A DNA stretch of 32,000 bases, taken from positions 360,001 to 392,000 of the forward strand of contig JBDHVY010000001.1 in NCBI GenBank assembly GCA_039809905.1, in the 5' to 3' direction. This stretch comes from Candidatus Babelota bacterium (GTDB lineage Bacteria; Babelota; Babeliae; Babelales; Vermiphilaceae). Below, piece after piece: positions 1 through 9,509 of the stretch; position 1 is the first letter of the stretch, and every line of letters begins with the position of its first letter. The position numbers and the translations under genes are program-made. The notes beneath the pieces are model-generated. The model was not told where the DNA came from and did not search any database. It was given only the letters and a program-made list of their open reading frames with translations.

Positions 1-596
1 CAGGTGAAGAAGCTGGTATAAAATCAGCCACCTTATTTATTCGCGGAAAAAATCCCTACGGATATCTTAAAGGCGAACATGGCGTTCATAGACTTGTGAG
101 AATATCTCCTTTTGATTCTAATAAAAGACGACATACTTCTTTTACCAGTGTTATGGTAACACCAGAAGTTCCTGAGCTTGAAATTACTATTGACCCAAAA
201 GACTTGCGTATTGATACGTATCGCGCAAGTGGTGCTGGCGGACAACACGTAAACAAAACAGATTCTGCCGTCCGTATTACACATTTACCTACTAATATTG
301 TAGTGCAATGCCAAAATGAAAGATCACAACAACAAAATAAAGCTTTTGCGATGAAAATGCTTTATGCCAAACTTTCACAAAAAATGCAGGAAGAACAAGA
401 TGCTCAGCTGAGCGCTGGAATTGAAAAAAGAAAAATTGAATGGGGATCTCAAATACGATCATATGTATTACATCCCTATAAAATGGTCAAAGACCACCGA
501 ACAGATTTTGAATCACCTCAACCTGATAAAATCCTTGATGGTGAATTAATAGATTTTATTGAAGCGTTTCTTGTCTGGCGAAGTACTGTTAACTAA
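1..596 (+). CDS. prfB: Peptide chain release factor 2 (RF2), 5'-truncated by the window edge
   Basis: Frame is open from base 3 ([39 protein letters not shown]...) and carries the GGQ motif in an RF2-type context ([36 protein letters not shown]). The ORF track starts only at the first internal ATG (96). Confidence 0.96.
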   Translation, partial: GEEAGIKSATLFIRGKNPYGYLKGEHGVHRLVRISPFDSNKRRHTSFTSVMVTPEVPELEITIDPKDLRIDTYRASGAGGQHVNKTDSAVRITHLPTNIVVQCQNERSQQQNKAFAMKMLYAKLSQKMQEEQDAQLSAGIEKRKIEWGSQIRSYVLHPYKMVKDHRTDFESPQPDKILDGELIDFIEAFLVWRSTVN

Positions 597-616
597 ATAT
601 TTTTAACTATTCAATT

Positions 617-654
617 AGGTAGCTATACAAAAATCAATTTTTATAGCTACCTAT
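617..654 (+). terminator. Rho-independent terminator after prfB
   Basis: Perfect 12-bp inverted repeat taggtagctata / tatagctaccta (617-628 / 643-654) followed by a T-rich tract. Confidence 0.7.
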
Positions 655-770
655 TTTTATGTCTTATCAAACCAATATTTGTAGTATTGCAATTGATATT
701 CATAATTTTGCTACCCTCACATAAAGATTTGCTCGTCAAAAGACCCAGTAAATATAAGTAAGGATGCTTT

Positions 771-1496
771 ATGAAAATCTTTATACATAAATTATTATTA
801 TTTTTCTTCACAACATCTTACATTGTATGTTCTCTTGATAATAATACATCACCAACCGAACTAAAAAAATATATCTCTCTCATTCATACAACAACTCCTC
901 ATCACAAACAGCTACCATCATTAAAAGATATATCTACTATTTCGCAACAAAATAATTCTGCTATCCCCAAAGAAAAAATAATCGATGCTATCCAAGACGC
1001 TCTTCTTCTCATCAAAAAGTATGATTATATCTATGCGCAGCATTGCGATATAAAAACAATTACAGAATGTTTGAACAACCATTTAGAGCAGGGCAATATC
1101 ACAAAAAATTTACCGTTTACTGACAAACATCAGGGTATCTGCAACAGACATAATGCAAAACATTTAGAAGGTTGCCACGATCATTGCGAAAAACATGACC
1201 ATAAAAGAAACACCAACAAACAATATCACTTATCCCCAAATATGATAGCTGATAAGCAACCCTATATTAAAGGCGGACTTGTTTTTACTTATCCTATCGA
1301 TTTATTTAGTGTAAACCCAATAATTAATATAAGCGTTAGCGCCCCCCCACACGCAAGCAATATAACATATACTGCTGAAGTATCTGCAGAAAACACAATC
1401 ACAGCAACTGTCATGGTTTACAAAAATAGCTCTGGAGTAATAACAGAAGCATCAACTGGCGAAGTAAATGTTTATTTCACTGCAATTGGAACATAA
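771..1496 (+). CDS. Secreted hypothetical protein with a His/Cys-rich cluster and a beta-rich C-terminus
   Basis: N-terminal signal-peptide-like MKIFIHKLLLFFFTTSYIVCSLDNN; internal CNRHNAKHLEGCHDHCEKHDHKR; C-terminus ends ...EVNVYFTAIGT, reminiscent of lectin/tail-fibre-like beta domains. Confidence 0.75.
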   Translation: MKIFIHKLLLFFFTTSYIVCSLDNNTSPTELKKYISLIHTTTPHHKQLPSLKDISTISQQNNSAIPKEKIIDAIQDALLLIKKYDYIYAQHCDIKTITECLNNHLEQGNITKNLPFTDKHQGICNRHNAKHLEGCHDHCEKHDHKRNTNKQYHLSPNMIADKQPYIKGGLVFTYPIDLFSVNPIINISVSAPPHASNITYTAEVSAENTITATVMVYKNSSGVITEASTGEVNVYFTAIGT

Positions 1497-1592
1497 GATA
1501 TGCTATACGTAATATAAAAAAATTGATTTTTTCATAATATTTTTATTAACTCCTAAGTATGATTAATGTTTTTTAAAAAAAAGGATGCACTA

Positions 1593-2930
1593 ATGATAAA
1601 AAATTTATCATTGATATTGCTGTTAACATGTACGCTTTTTGCGCATGACACAACAAACGCAGCTTCATTATCAGCTGAATGTTTACCAGAAAAATACATA
1701 GCTACCATCAATTTAATTTGCGATATTTCTGACTCTGCAGATATATCTGATAATCTCAAAAATCTTTCTGATATTATCGATGCAAATGAAACTGTATACT
1801 CTTTAGAATTAGTTAAAAATGCAACATGCGATGCACTTCTTGTATTAAAAAAATCTCAAAACAGATTCTCTCAATCACACTTTGCGGTGATTTATAATTA
1901 TCTAAAAAACTATCAATCACTTCTCAATTCCAATGCTCTTTTATCAGAAATATCTGATGAATATTATTTAGATATGATTGATCAAGATGCAGAAAAAATT
2001 ACACGCTGCGGCGAACCTTGCGGGTTTAATACAGAAAAATGCCCAAGAGGACGCCGCGGACACAGAGGACCTCGTGGACGTAGAGGGCACACTGGTAACA
2101 CAGGTGCAACCGGCGCAACAGGTGCTGGTTCTACTGGTGCAACGGGAAGTACTGGAGCAACTGGCCCAAGCGGCGCACCAACAGGCGCAACTGGTGCAAC
2201 TGGTGCAACCGGCAATACTGGAGCTACAGGTTCTACTGGTGCAACGGGTGCAACTGGGGCAACTGGCCTTGGAGCAACTGGTAACACTGGAGCAACTGGT
2301 GCAGCAGGAGGTTGTGGTCTAGGATCTTTATTTTTCAATCCTTACATGATGCTCCAACAAAATGGTCATGGCGGAGATAGCGATAGTGATGTTACAACTA
2401 CTACCACACCAGACAAATTATTTGGTGGATCAGGAGATGATCCTGTATATGGAACAGGCGTTAATCAGCCAGCGTTTTCTGCATGGAGATTACCTACTGC
2501 AAATGGCAACAGCCAAAGTGATTATCGTATTTTTGGCATACAGTTCAACCTACCGAGTGACATTGATGTAACTCAACCAGTAACACTTGTATATCATTTA
2601 CTCGTTAAAGATAATAATGATTCTGGTGTTGCTGCAATGCAAGTGAAAGCTGATTATGTACCAGCTAATACCAACTTTGGAACTACTGCTTCCTCAGGAG
2701 GATTTTCTGAAACGGTATCATCTGGCGATTTTGCAGTAGTAGAACCAACTGGTTCTACCGTACTTCATCATCAAGTTGTTAGTGTAAACTTAAATAATAC
2801 ATTAATGGCACCTAATGACTGGGTCTTTTTATCTATTCTCCGCTCAGATCCTGTAGGCTCAGAATATCCAGATTCAATCTATCTTTCTACCGTTGAACTC
2901 AGATATACACGAACCTGTTTGTTACCATAA
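1593..2930 (+). CDS. Secreted collagen-like (Gly-X-Y repeat) protein with a C-terminal beta-rich domain
   Basis: The ORF runs 1566-2930. The internal Met at 1593 gives a good signal peptide ([23 protein letters not shown]). Collagen-like triplets [25 protein letters not shown]... occupy about 2049-2312. Confidence 0.9.
   Translation: MIKNLSLILLLTCTLFAHDTTNAASLSAECLPEKYIATINLICDISDSADISDNLKNLSDIIDANETVYSLELVKNATCDALLVLKKSQNRFSQSHFAVIYNYLKNYQSLLNSNALLSEISDEYYLDMIDQDAEKITRCGEPCGFNTEKCPRGRRGHRGPRGRRGHTGNTGATGATGAGSTGATGSTGATGPSGAPTGATGATGATGNTGATGSTGATGATGATGLGATGNTGATGAAGGCGLGSLFFNPYMMLQQNGHGGDSDSDVTTTTTPDKLFGGSGDDPVYGTGVNQPAFSAWRLPTANGNSQSDYRIFGIQFNLPSDIDVTQPVTLVYHLLVKDNNDSGVAAMQVKADYVPANTNFGTTASSGGFSETVSSGDFAVVEPTGSTVLHHQVVSVNLNNTLMAPNDWVFLSILRSDPVGSEYPDSIYLSTVELRYTRTCLLP
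2049..2312 (+). repeat. Collagen-type Gly-X-Y coding repeat dominated by Gly-Ala-Thr
   Basis: Direct reading shows mostly GAT/GNT/GST triplets, a basic leading segment ([12 protein letters not shown]), and interruptions at GAGST, GAPTGAT and GLGAT. Confidence 0.92.
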
Positions 2931-2956
2931 ATAAATGTAATTTAAAAACATTAATC

Positions 2957-2996
2957 AAAAGCAAAGCCGCTCCAGCAATGGAGCGGCTTTGCTTTT
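2957..2996. terminator. Bidirectional terminator between convergent genes
   Basis: Perfect 17-bp stem aaaagcaaagccgctcc / ggagcggctttgctttt with a 6-nt loop, flanked by A/T runs on both sides. Confidence 0.9.
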
Positions 2997-3016
2997 CAAC
3001 TCATTCATAAATTGAT

Positions 3017-4237
3017 TTATGCATATATCTTTTCTTTTCGAGATAGATAACATTCCATATTAATACGTGCATATTTATAATCAGGATATGCTTCATATGC
3101 TTTTCTTGCTGCCCACTCACCAATTTCAAATTGATTAGTGTACCAAGCACATCGTGCAAGCAGTTCATAGCGATAATAGTTATAAATATATTTTTCAACA
3201 AACAAAATATCCTTATCTGGATATGGCATTTCAGCAGCTTTTTGCGCAAACAAAAGTGCTATATCCATCTGTCCTAATTGAACATAATAATCGGCAATTG
3301 CAACCAATGGTTCTGCACGATGAGAACGCATTTGATAAGCTTGCAAGTAATAAGTAAGTGCTTCAGACCAATTATAATCAGTATTTTTTCGATGAAAAAC
3401 CAATTTTTTAATTGTTTCAGCAAGACGATATCTCACTATAAAATCTTCTTCATCCCAACCAACTAAATCAAGACGCTTTTTATAGAAATCATATGCAGAT
3501 GTTAAATCTCCTAAGTCTTCACATGTTCGTGCAAGGTAAAATAATGTACGACTACAATGAGGCTTTCTCTCATGTTCTTTACATAATAATTCACGATCTC
3601 TGACAAAACGTGCTGCTGTTTTTTCCGCACCAAGAGCTTCTGGTAAATATTCAAAAAAGATAGTATCAGGAACTTTTGCACACGTTGGGTGAGTAATTGT
3701 TTCATGCACAACACCACCAAAACGCAACCCTCTATTACACCTCAACAAACGACACGTATAATTATCCAATGCTTCATTCACAATATGCATTAAATATGAA
3801 GCATGGATATCACCACGCTGCAAAGATAATTCACAAAATTCTAACAATGCACTCGCATCATTTAAATACCATTCTGCATCAAGCATTACCATAAATGCTG
3901 CATAAGGAAATTTTTCTTGTGCTAAATCAAGCGCACGATTACGAGATGTAGCAAAATCAATAAAAGGTTCTTGTATGATATATCCTGCTGTTATACCATA
4001 CTCATCAAACATCTCTTGCGTCACTTCCATTGTTTTATCAGTAGAACCTGTATCAAAAATAAGATATGAATTAATACCAGCATCAATAAATGGCTGCAGC
4101 GTTGCCCGCATCACGGTTTCCTCGTTTTTCACCATTAAAACAACAACCAGAATTGGATCATATTCAATCTGCTCACCAATACATACCGTATGAATAGAAA
4201 AAATAAAGCTTAAAAAAAATTGAAATACTTTCTTCAT
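3017..4237 (-). CDS. Glycosyltransferase family 2-like protein with TPR-like C-terminus and N-terminal signal/anchor sequence
   Basis: ILVVVLMVKNEETVMRATLQPFIDAGINSYLIFDTGSTDKT is GT-A/GT2-like; the C-terminal half has helical TPR-like segments (YLARTCEDLGDLTSAYDFYKKRL...); the N-terminus MKKVFQFFLSFIFSIHTVCIG is hydrophobic. Confidence 0.8.
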   Translation of the reverse strand: MKKVFQFFLSFIFSIHTVCIGEQIEYDPILVVVLMVKNEETVMRATLQPFIDAGINSYLIFDTGSTDKTMEVTQEMFDEYGITAGYIIQEPFIDFATSRNRALDLAQEKFPYAAFMVMLDAEWYLNDASALLEFCELSLQRGDIHASYLMHIVNEALDNYTCRLLRCNRGLRFGGVVHETITHPTCAKVPDTIFFEYLPEALGAEKTAARFVRDRELLCKEHERKPHCSRTLFYLARTCEDLGDLTSAYDFYKKRLDLVGWDEEDFIVRYRLAETIKKLVFHRKNTDYNWSEALTYYLQAYQMRSHRAEPLVAIADYYVQLGQMDIALLFAQKAAEMPYPDKDILFVEKYIYNYYRYELLARCAWYTNQFEIGEWAARKAYEAYPDYKYARINMECYLSRKEKIYA

Positions 4238-4271
4238 TACACCCTCTCTGTATAAATATTAAAAACTCACT

Positions 4272-5885
4272 CTAAACAGCACACACTGCACGCAATAGCA
4301 TACACAACGAATTACTTGCAAAAACTCCTGACCAAAATGGAAACCATTCTTCTTTTTCAGTTACACAAAGAGCGAGCACTCCTCCAAAAACGAGTCCAGC
4401 TGTCATATCCAGCGGCATTAATAAACCGCCCAACACTAACATTGGATTACATTTCAGACATTGTAATATCATGCCAAATAAAGCACCAAGCACAAGAACA
4501 ATGTAATCAAACTGTTGTGCTTGGATAAGCAATTGCCGCGATTGTGCACGATATGCAAATAATTCAGGAGAACCTAATCCAAAATGATTAATTAAAAGCC
4601 AAAAAACAATACCAATGCTCGCAGAAGCTATGCATAATCCAAGCAATTGATACTGTCTCATTTTCGTACGAGAAACATCAGATAATTGAGCAAGTTTGCG
4701 ACCAAAAAGTATATCTGCTGCTATTCCTCCACTCATCTCTACAAAAGTTGCTATAAAAACTAATTGTACATAATTGATGTTAAAAATAAGCATTGCTGGA
4801 ACCATAACAAATGTTGCAAATCGTCCTAATAATGCAAGACCAATTCTTCCTGCTATTGCTGCAATTTGATAGGTAGTAATACTACTACATATCAGCAGAT
4901 ATAATTGTGTATACCAAGGGAATTTAAAATAAGAAAAAAATAAAATTAATACACCACCAAAACCTACGAAAGGCAATATCGTATTTACCTGCAAAAAAGA
5001 TTGCATAGATTTATCATTGTTTTTAACCTGTTGCATACCTTTTTTAATGCCCTCAATAATATTTTGTGGCATACCAATAAGACTCATCAATGTAATAAAC
5101 AAAACGATACCACTGCAAAATGCAAGAGTAAACTCCATAAAAGATAAATGAGAAAAAAATGATCGTTGTATTGGACTAACAAAAAAAATATTAGCACAAG
5201 CTCCAATAGCAAGAGGCACAGCAATAACATGTCCTGTCACAAAACCAATTGCCCACACCATAGGAGCGATATCAAGATTTACAACCATGGCAGGAACAGA
5301 AAAAAATAAAATATGAACACGCGAAAACAGTGTAATTGTTTTTGGAATAAATCCATTCATACACCATATACCACCTTGCAATAATGAAAATAAAGCCGTA
5401 ATGCAAAAACCGATCATCAATTCATATGCTTTGCGAATTTGATTATGAGCAAGAATCATTTTATGAATGAGTTGACCAATAGGAAACGACAAATTTTGCT
5501 CGAAAACTAATGTTTTCTCAGACACATCTGCTATAAAAAATCCAAACAAACCCGCTAAAAAAGAAAAAATTCCGAGCATACTACTGAAAAAAAATGGCGA
5601 TTTCATCCATTCATTAAATAATGTTGCATCAAGAAAATAAATAGTCGGAAATGAAAAAGCACATGCTGTTGCCATAATACCACCAACTGATGCAGCAGAA
5701 ACTATATATGTCATTGATGAAGTTGTAATTACACATAACCGCGAACACAATAACACAATAAAGACAAGTGTTGGAGCAATCCAAGGACCAATTGGTGTTG
5801 CTAATGCAACATAACTCATAACAATAGTTGAGAACAAAGATAATACAATACTGATAATGATTGTTTTTACATTCATATTATTCAT
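4272..5885 (-). CDS. OPT-family (oligopeptide transporter-like) polytopic membrane protein
   Basis: 537 aa, many transmembrane segments, N-terminal ALATPIGPWIAPTLV and a C-terminal LGALFGMILQCL...GGLLMPLDMTAGLVFGG segment typical of OPT-type transporters. Confidence 0.6.
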   Translation of the reverse strand: MNNMNVKTIIISIVLSLFSTIVMSYVALATPIGPWIAPTLVFIVLLCSRLCVITTSSMTYIVSAASVGGIMATACAFSFPTIYFLDATLFNEWMKSPFFFSSMLGIFSFLAGLFGFFIADVSEKTLVFEQNLSFPIGQLIHKMILAHNQIRKAYELMIGFCITALFSLLQGGIWCMNGFIPKTITLFSRVHILFFSVPAMVVNLDIAPMVWAIGFVTGHVIAVPLAIGACANIFFVSPIQRSFFSHLSFMEFTLAFCSGIVLFITLMSLIGMPQNIIEGIKKGMQQVKNNDKSMQSFLQVNTILPFVGFGGVLILFFSYFKFPWYTQLYLLICSSITTYQIAAIAGRIGLALLGRFATFVMVPAMLIFNINYVQLVFIATFVEMSGGIAADILFGRKLAQLSDVSRTKMRQYQLLGLCIASASIGIVFWLLINHFGLGSPELFAYRAQSRQLLIQAQQFDYIVLVLGALFGMILQCLKCNPMLVLGGLLMPLDMTAGLVFGGVLALCVTEKEEWFPFWSGVFASNSLCMLLRAVCAV

Positions 5886-6008
5886 TTTTATCTTAAGATT
5901 AGGATATTTAAAAAATATTTTTTGCTTGCCATAATCTTACCTTTTTTTTCTACGTACTGCACTCGGCAACTCTCCATATTTTAATTAATTACATTTTAAA
6001 AAAATTAA

Positions 6009-6051
6009 TCGCCTTCGTTAATGCTGTATTGCAACATTAATGAAGGCGATA
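6009..6051 (-). terminator. Rho-independent terminator downstream of the minus-strand WD40-like gene
   Basis: 16-bp inverted repeat atcgccttcgttaatg / cattaatgaaggcgat (one G:U) followed by a U-rich tract in minus orientation. Confidence 0.75.
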
Positions 6052-6080
6052 TAAAAATAAATTATGAAATGATATAAATC

Positions 6081-7730
6081 TTACTCTGGTTTTTTCACGT
6101 CATTTTCTGCTCTCTTTGCATCATTCTGAGCATCTTTAAGAAACGTTGCCCTAATCTCATCATCTTTTGTTTTTTTACGCCTACCAACAGGCGATGATGA
6201 TCCTGTCTGAGAGGTCACTATTTTTGATCCACTGGATGATTTAATTGGTTCTTTTGAACGCTTAGTAGCATTACCTCTCGGACTCATTTTTGAACTACCT
6301 CGTTTCTCTTTCTTCTTCATATCTTCAAGCGAAACATGAAATGGCTCTTTTACTTTAGATTCAGAAGACGAACGCCCTCTTAAAAGTTTATTTTTGAAAA
6401 AATCATCACTATAATCACTTCTTGCATATTCTTCAGTAGGCTTTTTTTTCGGCCTAGCTGGTATTTTCCATAAATACATTTCTCCCGTAGCTAAAAGTGC
6501 TGCCACAAGCCTATTGCGATATGCCGCAAGCGATAAATGTGTAGGACGTGACATTACAACTCCTGTTTCTGTTACACAAGAATAGGTTTTTGAAAAACCA
6601 TCAGGTATTGAGATGTCAAATTTTTCAGCCGATGTACCATCTCTACGATGAATATGCATTTTAAAACGGACACATTCAGGAAATCCTGGATTATCAATCC
6701 AATGAATAGATCCACATCCTAAACTTTGATCAATATCTCCTTTGTATCCTAGATCTCCAGACATATTGTCTTTCTTGATATAACCATCAGAATGCTCAAT
6801 CCAATCTTCCTTTTTTATGATTCTCACTTGACCTTTTTCATTTACGTACATTACATGGTGATCATGGGACAAATGAATCTTTTCAATATGATCATCTATT
6901 TCTACGCTTTTAAAATTTTGAAATTCAATAAAAGTATCTCCAAACACAACCGTTTGAAAATTAACAGTCCCTTGATTACTAGCAGTCGCAATATATTTCT
7001 CACTCAAATCATAAGATGAAGAATCTATTGGCTCACTAATATCAACAATAAAAAATTCTGATTTTAAGTAAGGCCTAAAATTACATTGACGAGACTTTTT
7101 GTTTATTAAATCAACTATTTTAACATAATTATTAAATGCAATAGCTAAAAATCTTCCATCAACACTCAATGATACTGCTTGCGCTCTAGAATCAAAGTTA
7201 AACATTTCACTAAGTCTTTCTTCAAATACATCATGCGACTTATTATCAACTACAAGCTTTGGCACATTATAAGATATAATGCATTCACCTTTTTTGTTTT
7301 TTGTTTTGTTTCCATTCAAAACAGAAGCAACAATTAATTTTTTATTCTGATTTTGTATCGCCGCTGCAATCATAGGGTGATACCCAGAATGAGAATGAGT
7401 AATCAATACAAGAGGTTTATTATCTACCATTGTTGCAATATTAAAATATTTAACTTCACCGCATGATTGAAATAATAATCCTTTTTCATCTGGCGTAATA
7501 AGTATCGTTTTGGGACAAACTTCACTAAATTTTTTTCCCAAATCAATTACTTCATCATTATTCCAAAGTTGAAATTTTTTCTGGAACATAAGATCTTTTC
7601 TTTCAGAACAATTATTTTGTTGATCAATACAAGGACTTGGTTGATCCATTGCATTAAGCATAAATGCCATAAAGGCCGCAGTACAAAAAATGAGTCTTTT
7701 TTTTGAACACATCAATAGAAAATTTTGCAT
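6081..7730 (-). CDS. Secreted WD40/beta-propeller-like protein with a basic, Ser-rich C-terminal tail
   Basis: The ORF track gives 7814 as the start, but Met29 (7730) follows a strong purine-rich SD and begins a signal peptide (MQNFLLMCSKKRLIFCTAAFMAFMLNAMDQ). Segments such as VSLSVDGRFLAIAFNNYVKIVDL are propeller-like. Confidence 0.65.
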   Translation of the reverse strand: MQNFLLMCSKKRLIFCTAAFMAFMLNAMDQPSPCIDQQNNCSERKDLMFQKKFQLWNNDEVIDLGKKFSEVCPKTILITPDEKGLLFQSCGEVKYFNIATMVDNKPLVLITHSHSGYHPMIAAAIQNQNKKLIVASVLNGNKTKNKKGECIISYNVPKLVVDNKSHDVFEERLSEMFNFDSRAQAVSLSVDGRFLAIAFNNYVKIVDLINKKSRQCNFRPYLKSEFFIVDISEPIDSSSYDLSEKYIATASNQGTVNFQTVVFGDTFIEFQNFKSVEIDDHIEKIHLSHDHHVMYVNEKGQVRIIKKEDWIEHSDGYIKKDNMSGDLGYKGDIDQSLGCGSIHWIDNPGFPECVRFKMHIHRRDGTSAEKFDISIPDGFSKTYSCVTETGVVMSRPTHLSLAAYRNRLVAALLATGEMYLWKIPARPKKKPTEEYARSDYSDDFFKNKLLRGRSSSESKVKEPFHVSLEDMKKKEKRGSSKMSPRGNATKRSKEPIKSSSGSKIVTSQTGSSSPVGRRKKTKDDEIRATFLKDAQNDAKRAENDVKKPE

Positions 7731-7844
7731 AATATTTCCCCCTTTTTTTATTTGTACGGTATACTGTTCTGTAATGTACATATAGAAATTTATGTATACC
7801 CTAAGATAATACAAAAACTACCCTTTTTAATAGGTACAATCATT

Positions 7845-8762
7845 ATGACTTTTATTATCCTTTTACAAGCGCTTTTTGCGACTTCATTTCCAATGGGCAA
7901 GTATCTCATGAATTTTGTTGCTCCATTATTCTTATCTGGAACACGAATGTTCATTGCAGGAAGCATTCTGTTGATATATGAATATTTTACTTCAGCAGCA
8001 CATTTTACGTTTAAAAAGAAACATTTTTGGATATTTGCCCAGATAACTATTTTGGGTCAATTTATGACTTATGCATTGCGATTATACGCTCTTCGCGAAC
8101 TTCCGGTATGGAAAGTTTCATTTTTTTATAATCTTTCACCGTTTTTAACAGCTCTATATGCATATTTGCTTTTTAATCAGCGATTACTGGCAAAACAATG
8201 GCTAGGTCTTTTGATTGGTTTTATTGGCATGTTACCGATACTTATCTCTTCAAGCCCTGCAGAAGCCACAATGGGAGAATTTTTTTATATTTCTCAATAT
8301 GAGATCTTCCTCATAATATCTGTATCTCTTCATTGCTATAGCTGGATATTAATCCAAAAATTAGTTCGCTATAAAAACTACCAAACGTCTATAGTCAATG
8401 GTATTTGTATGGCCAGCGGAGGGCTTATTTCTCTTATCGCTTCTTTTATTGTAGAAGGATTTCCACGCATCTCTGATCCAGCAGCTTTTTGCAAAGGTCT
8501 TACCATTATGATATTTGTCAGCAATATCCTGTGTCATAACATCTATGCAGGATTACTTAAAAAGTATTCCGCAACATTTATGTCCTTTACGAGCTTTTTA
8601 AGTCCACTTTTTGCAGCATTTTATGGATGGGCATTCTTTGAAGAAAAAATTTCATGGCATTTTTATCTATCAATATGCATTGTACTTTTGGGACTTTATA
8701 TTTTCTATCAAGACGAACTTCAACAAAAATCTAACTTTGAAGAAAAAAAATTGGAAGTATAG
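7845..8762 (+). CDS. EamA/DMT-family transporter (10-TM drug/metabolite transporter type)
   Basis: Two EamA-like halves (RMFIAGSILLIYEYF... PVWKVSFFYNLSPFLTALYAYLLFNQRL; ...TFMSFTSFLSPLFAAFYGWAFFEEKISWHFYLSICIVLLGLYIFY). The likely start is the ATG at 7845, not 7725. Confidence 0.85.
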   Translation: MTFIILLQALFATSFPMGKYLMNFVAPLFLSGTRMFIAGSILLIYEYFTSAAHFTFKKKHFWIFAQITILGQFMTYALRLYALRELPVWKVSFFYNLSPFLTALYAYLLFNQRLLAKQWLGLLIGFIGMLPILISSSPAEATMGEFFYISQYEIFLIISVSLHCYSWILIQKLVRYKNYQTSIVNGICMASGGLISLIASFIVEGFPRISDPAAFCKGLTIMIFVSNILCHNIYAGLLKKYSATFMSFTSFLSPLFAAFYGWAFFEEKISWHFYLSICIVLLGLYIFYQDELQQKSNFEEKKLEV

Positions 8763-8785
8763 ATACGCAACGAAGATAATTACTT

Positions 8786-8823
8786 TATAGCCCCATGCAC
8801 AAGGTATTGAGCATGGGGCTATA
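8786..8823. terminator. Bidirectional terminator between convergent genes
   Basis: Perfect 13-bp inverted repeat tatagccccatgc / gcatggggctata. Confidence 0.8.
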
Positions 8824-8850
8824 CTATTGATGCAAACATTATCAAGTTTG

Positions 8851-9201
8851 TTATACATTAACGTGATCAGAGAATGTCATACCCGCAAGAAAATGAATAT
8901 GTAAATGGAAAACAACTTGACCAGCCCCAACACCATTATTAACAGAAAGACGGAAATGTTGTGAGCTTGCAGGCAAATCCTCTGATATTTTTTTGGCCAT
9001 CAAAATCATATCACCTGCTAAGGTAACATCTTCTTGATTAAGCTCATTAATATTGGCAACATGTTTTTTTGGAATAATAAGATAATGAATAGGAGTTTTT
9101 GGAGCAATATTATCTATAACAATAATATCTTCTGTTTCCGCTATAATATTTGAAGGCAATTGGCGAGCAATAATTTTACAAAAAACACAATTAGATTCCA
9201 A
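8851..9201 (-). CDS. HIT family (histidine triad) protein
   Basis: CVFCKIIARQLPSNIIAETEDIIVIDNIAPKTPIHYLIIPKKH and the triad motif HLHIHFLAG. Confidence 0.95.
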   Translation of the reverse strand: MESNCVFCKIIARQLPSNIIAETEDIIVIDNIAPKTPIHYLIIPKKHVANINELNQEDVTLAGDMILMAKKISEDLPASSQHFRLSVNNGVGAGQVVFHLHIHFLAGMTFSDHVNV

Positions 9202-9318
9202 TTTAGCCTCAATTTCGCTGCGGTCTTAAGTTTTTTGCAACTCAGGAGCAAATATAAAAAAGAGTAGTCATGCATTAAAAAAATAGCCACGCCATACAAA
9301 GCTTGCTAGAGCGTAGTA

Positions 9319-9404
9319 TGGTGCCGAAGGTCGGACTCGAACCGACATGATGTTGCCATCGCGAGATTTTGAGTCTCGTGCGTCTGCCATTTCGCCACTT
9401 CGGC
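9319..9404 (-). tRNA. tRNA-Leu (anticodon CAA), CCA encoded
   Basis: Reverse complement GCCGAAGTGGCG...CGAGACTCAAAATCTCG...GTCGGTTCGAGTCCGACCTTCGGCACCA folds with a 7-bp acceptor, loop CTCAAAA and a long variable arm. Confidence 0.95.
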
Positions 9405-9462
9405 CTATTTGCTATTTCAAACGTATCATTAGAATACTGAAAAATGTGCTAACCGTCAAATA

Positions 9463-9492
9463 AAAAGCCCTGTAAAATTTACAGGGCTTTTT
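9463..9492. terminator. Terminator hairpin
   Basis: aaaaagccctgt / acagggcttttt perfect 12-bp inverted repeat, lying between the GH1 gene and the tRNA-Leu. Confidence 0.75.
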
Positions 9493-9509
9493 TAAACATT
9501 ACATGATCA

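Noticed and set aside
33-284. 83-aa minus-strand ORF at the left edge
   Set aside because: Antisense to prfB, which is supported by strong RF2 motifs.
2049-2312. Possible CRISPR or tandem DNA repeat because of recurring ggtgcaactggt-type units
   Set aside because: It is a 9-nt codon-phase repeat encoding Gly-X-Y triplets in one frame, with no spacers.
1978-2338. ORFs on both strands (1978..2322 + and 1982..2338 -) overlapping the collagen-like gene
   Set aside because: Low-complexity translations ([10 protein letters not shown]..., [11 protein letters not shown]...) are out-of-frame or antisense readings of the Gly-X-Y repeat. The sense frame has a signal peptide and domain structure.
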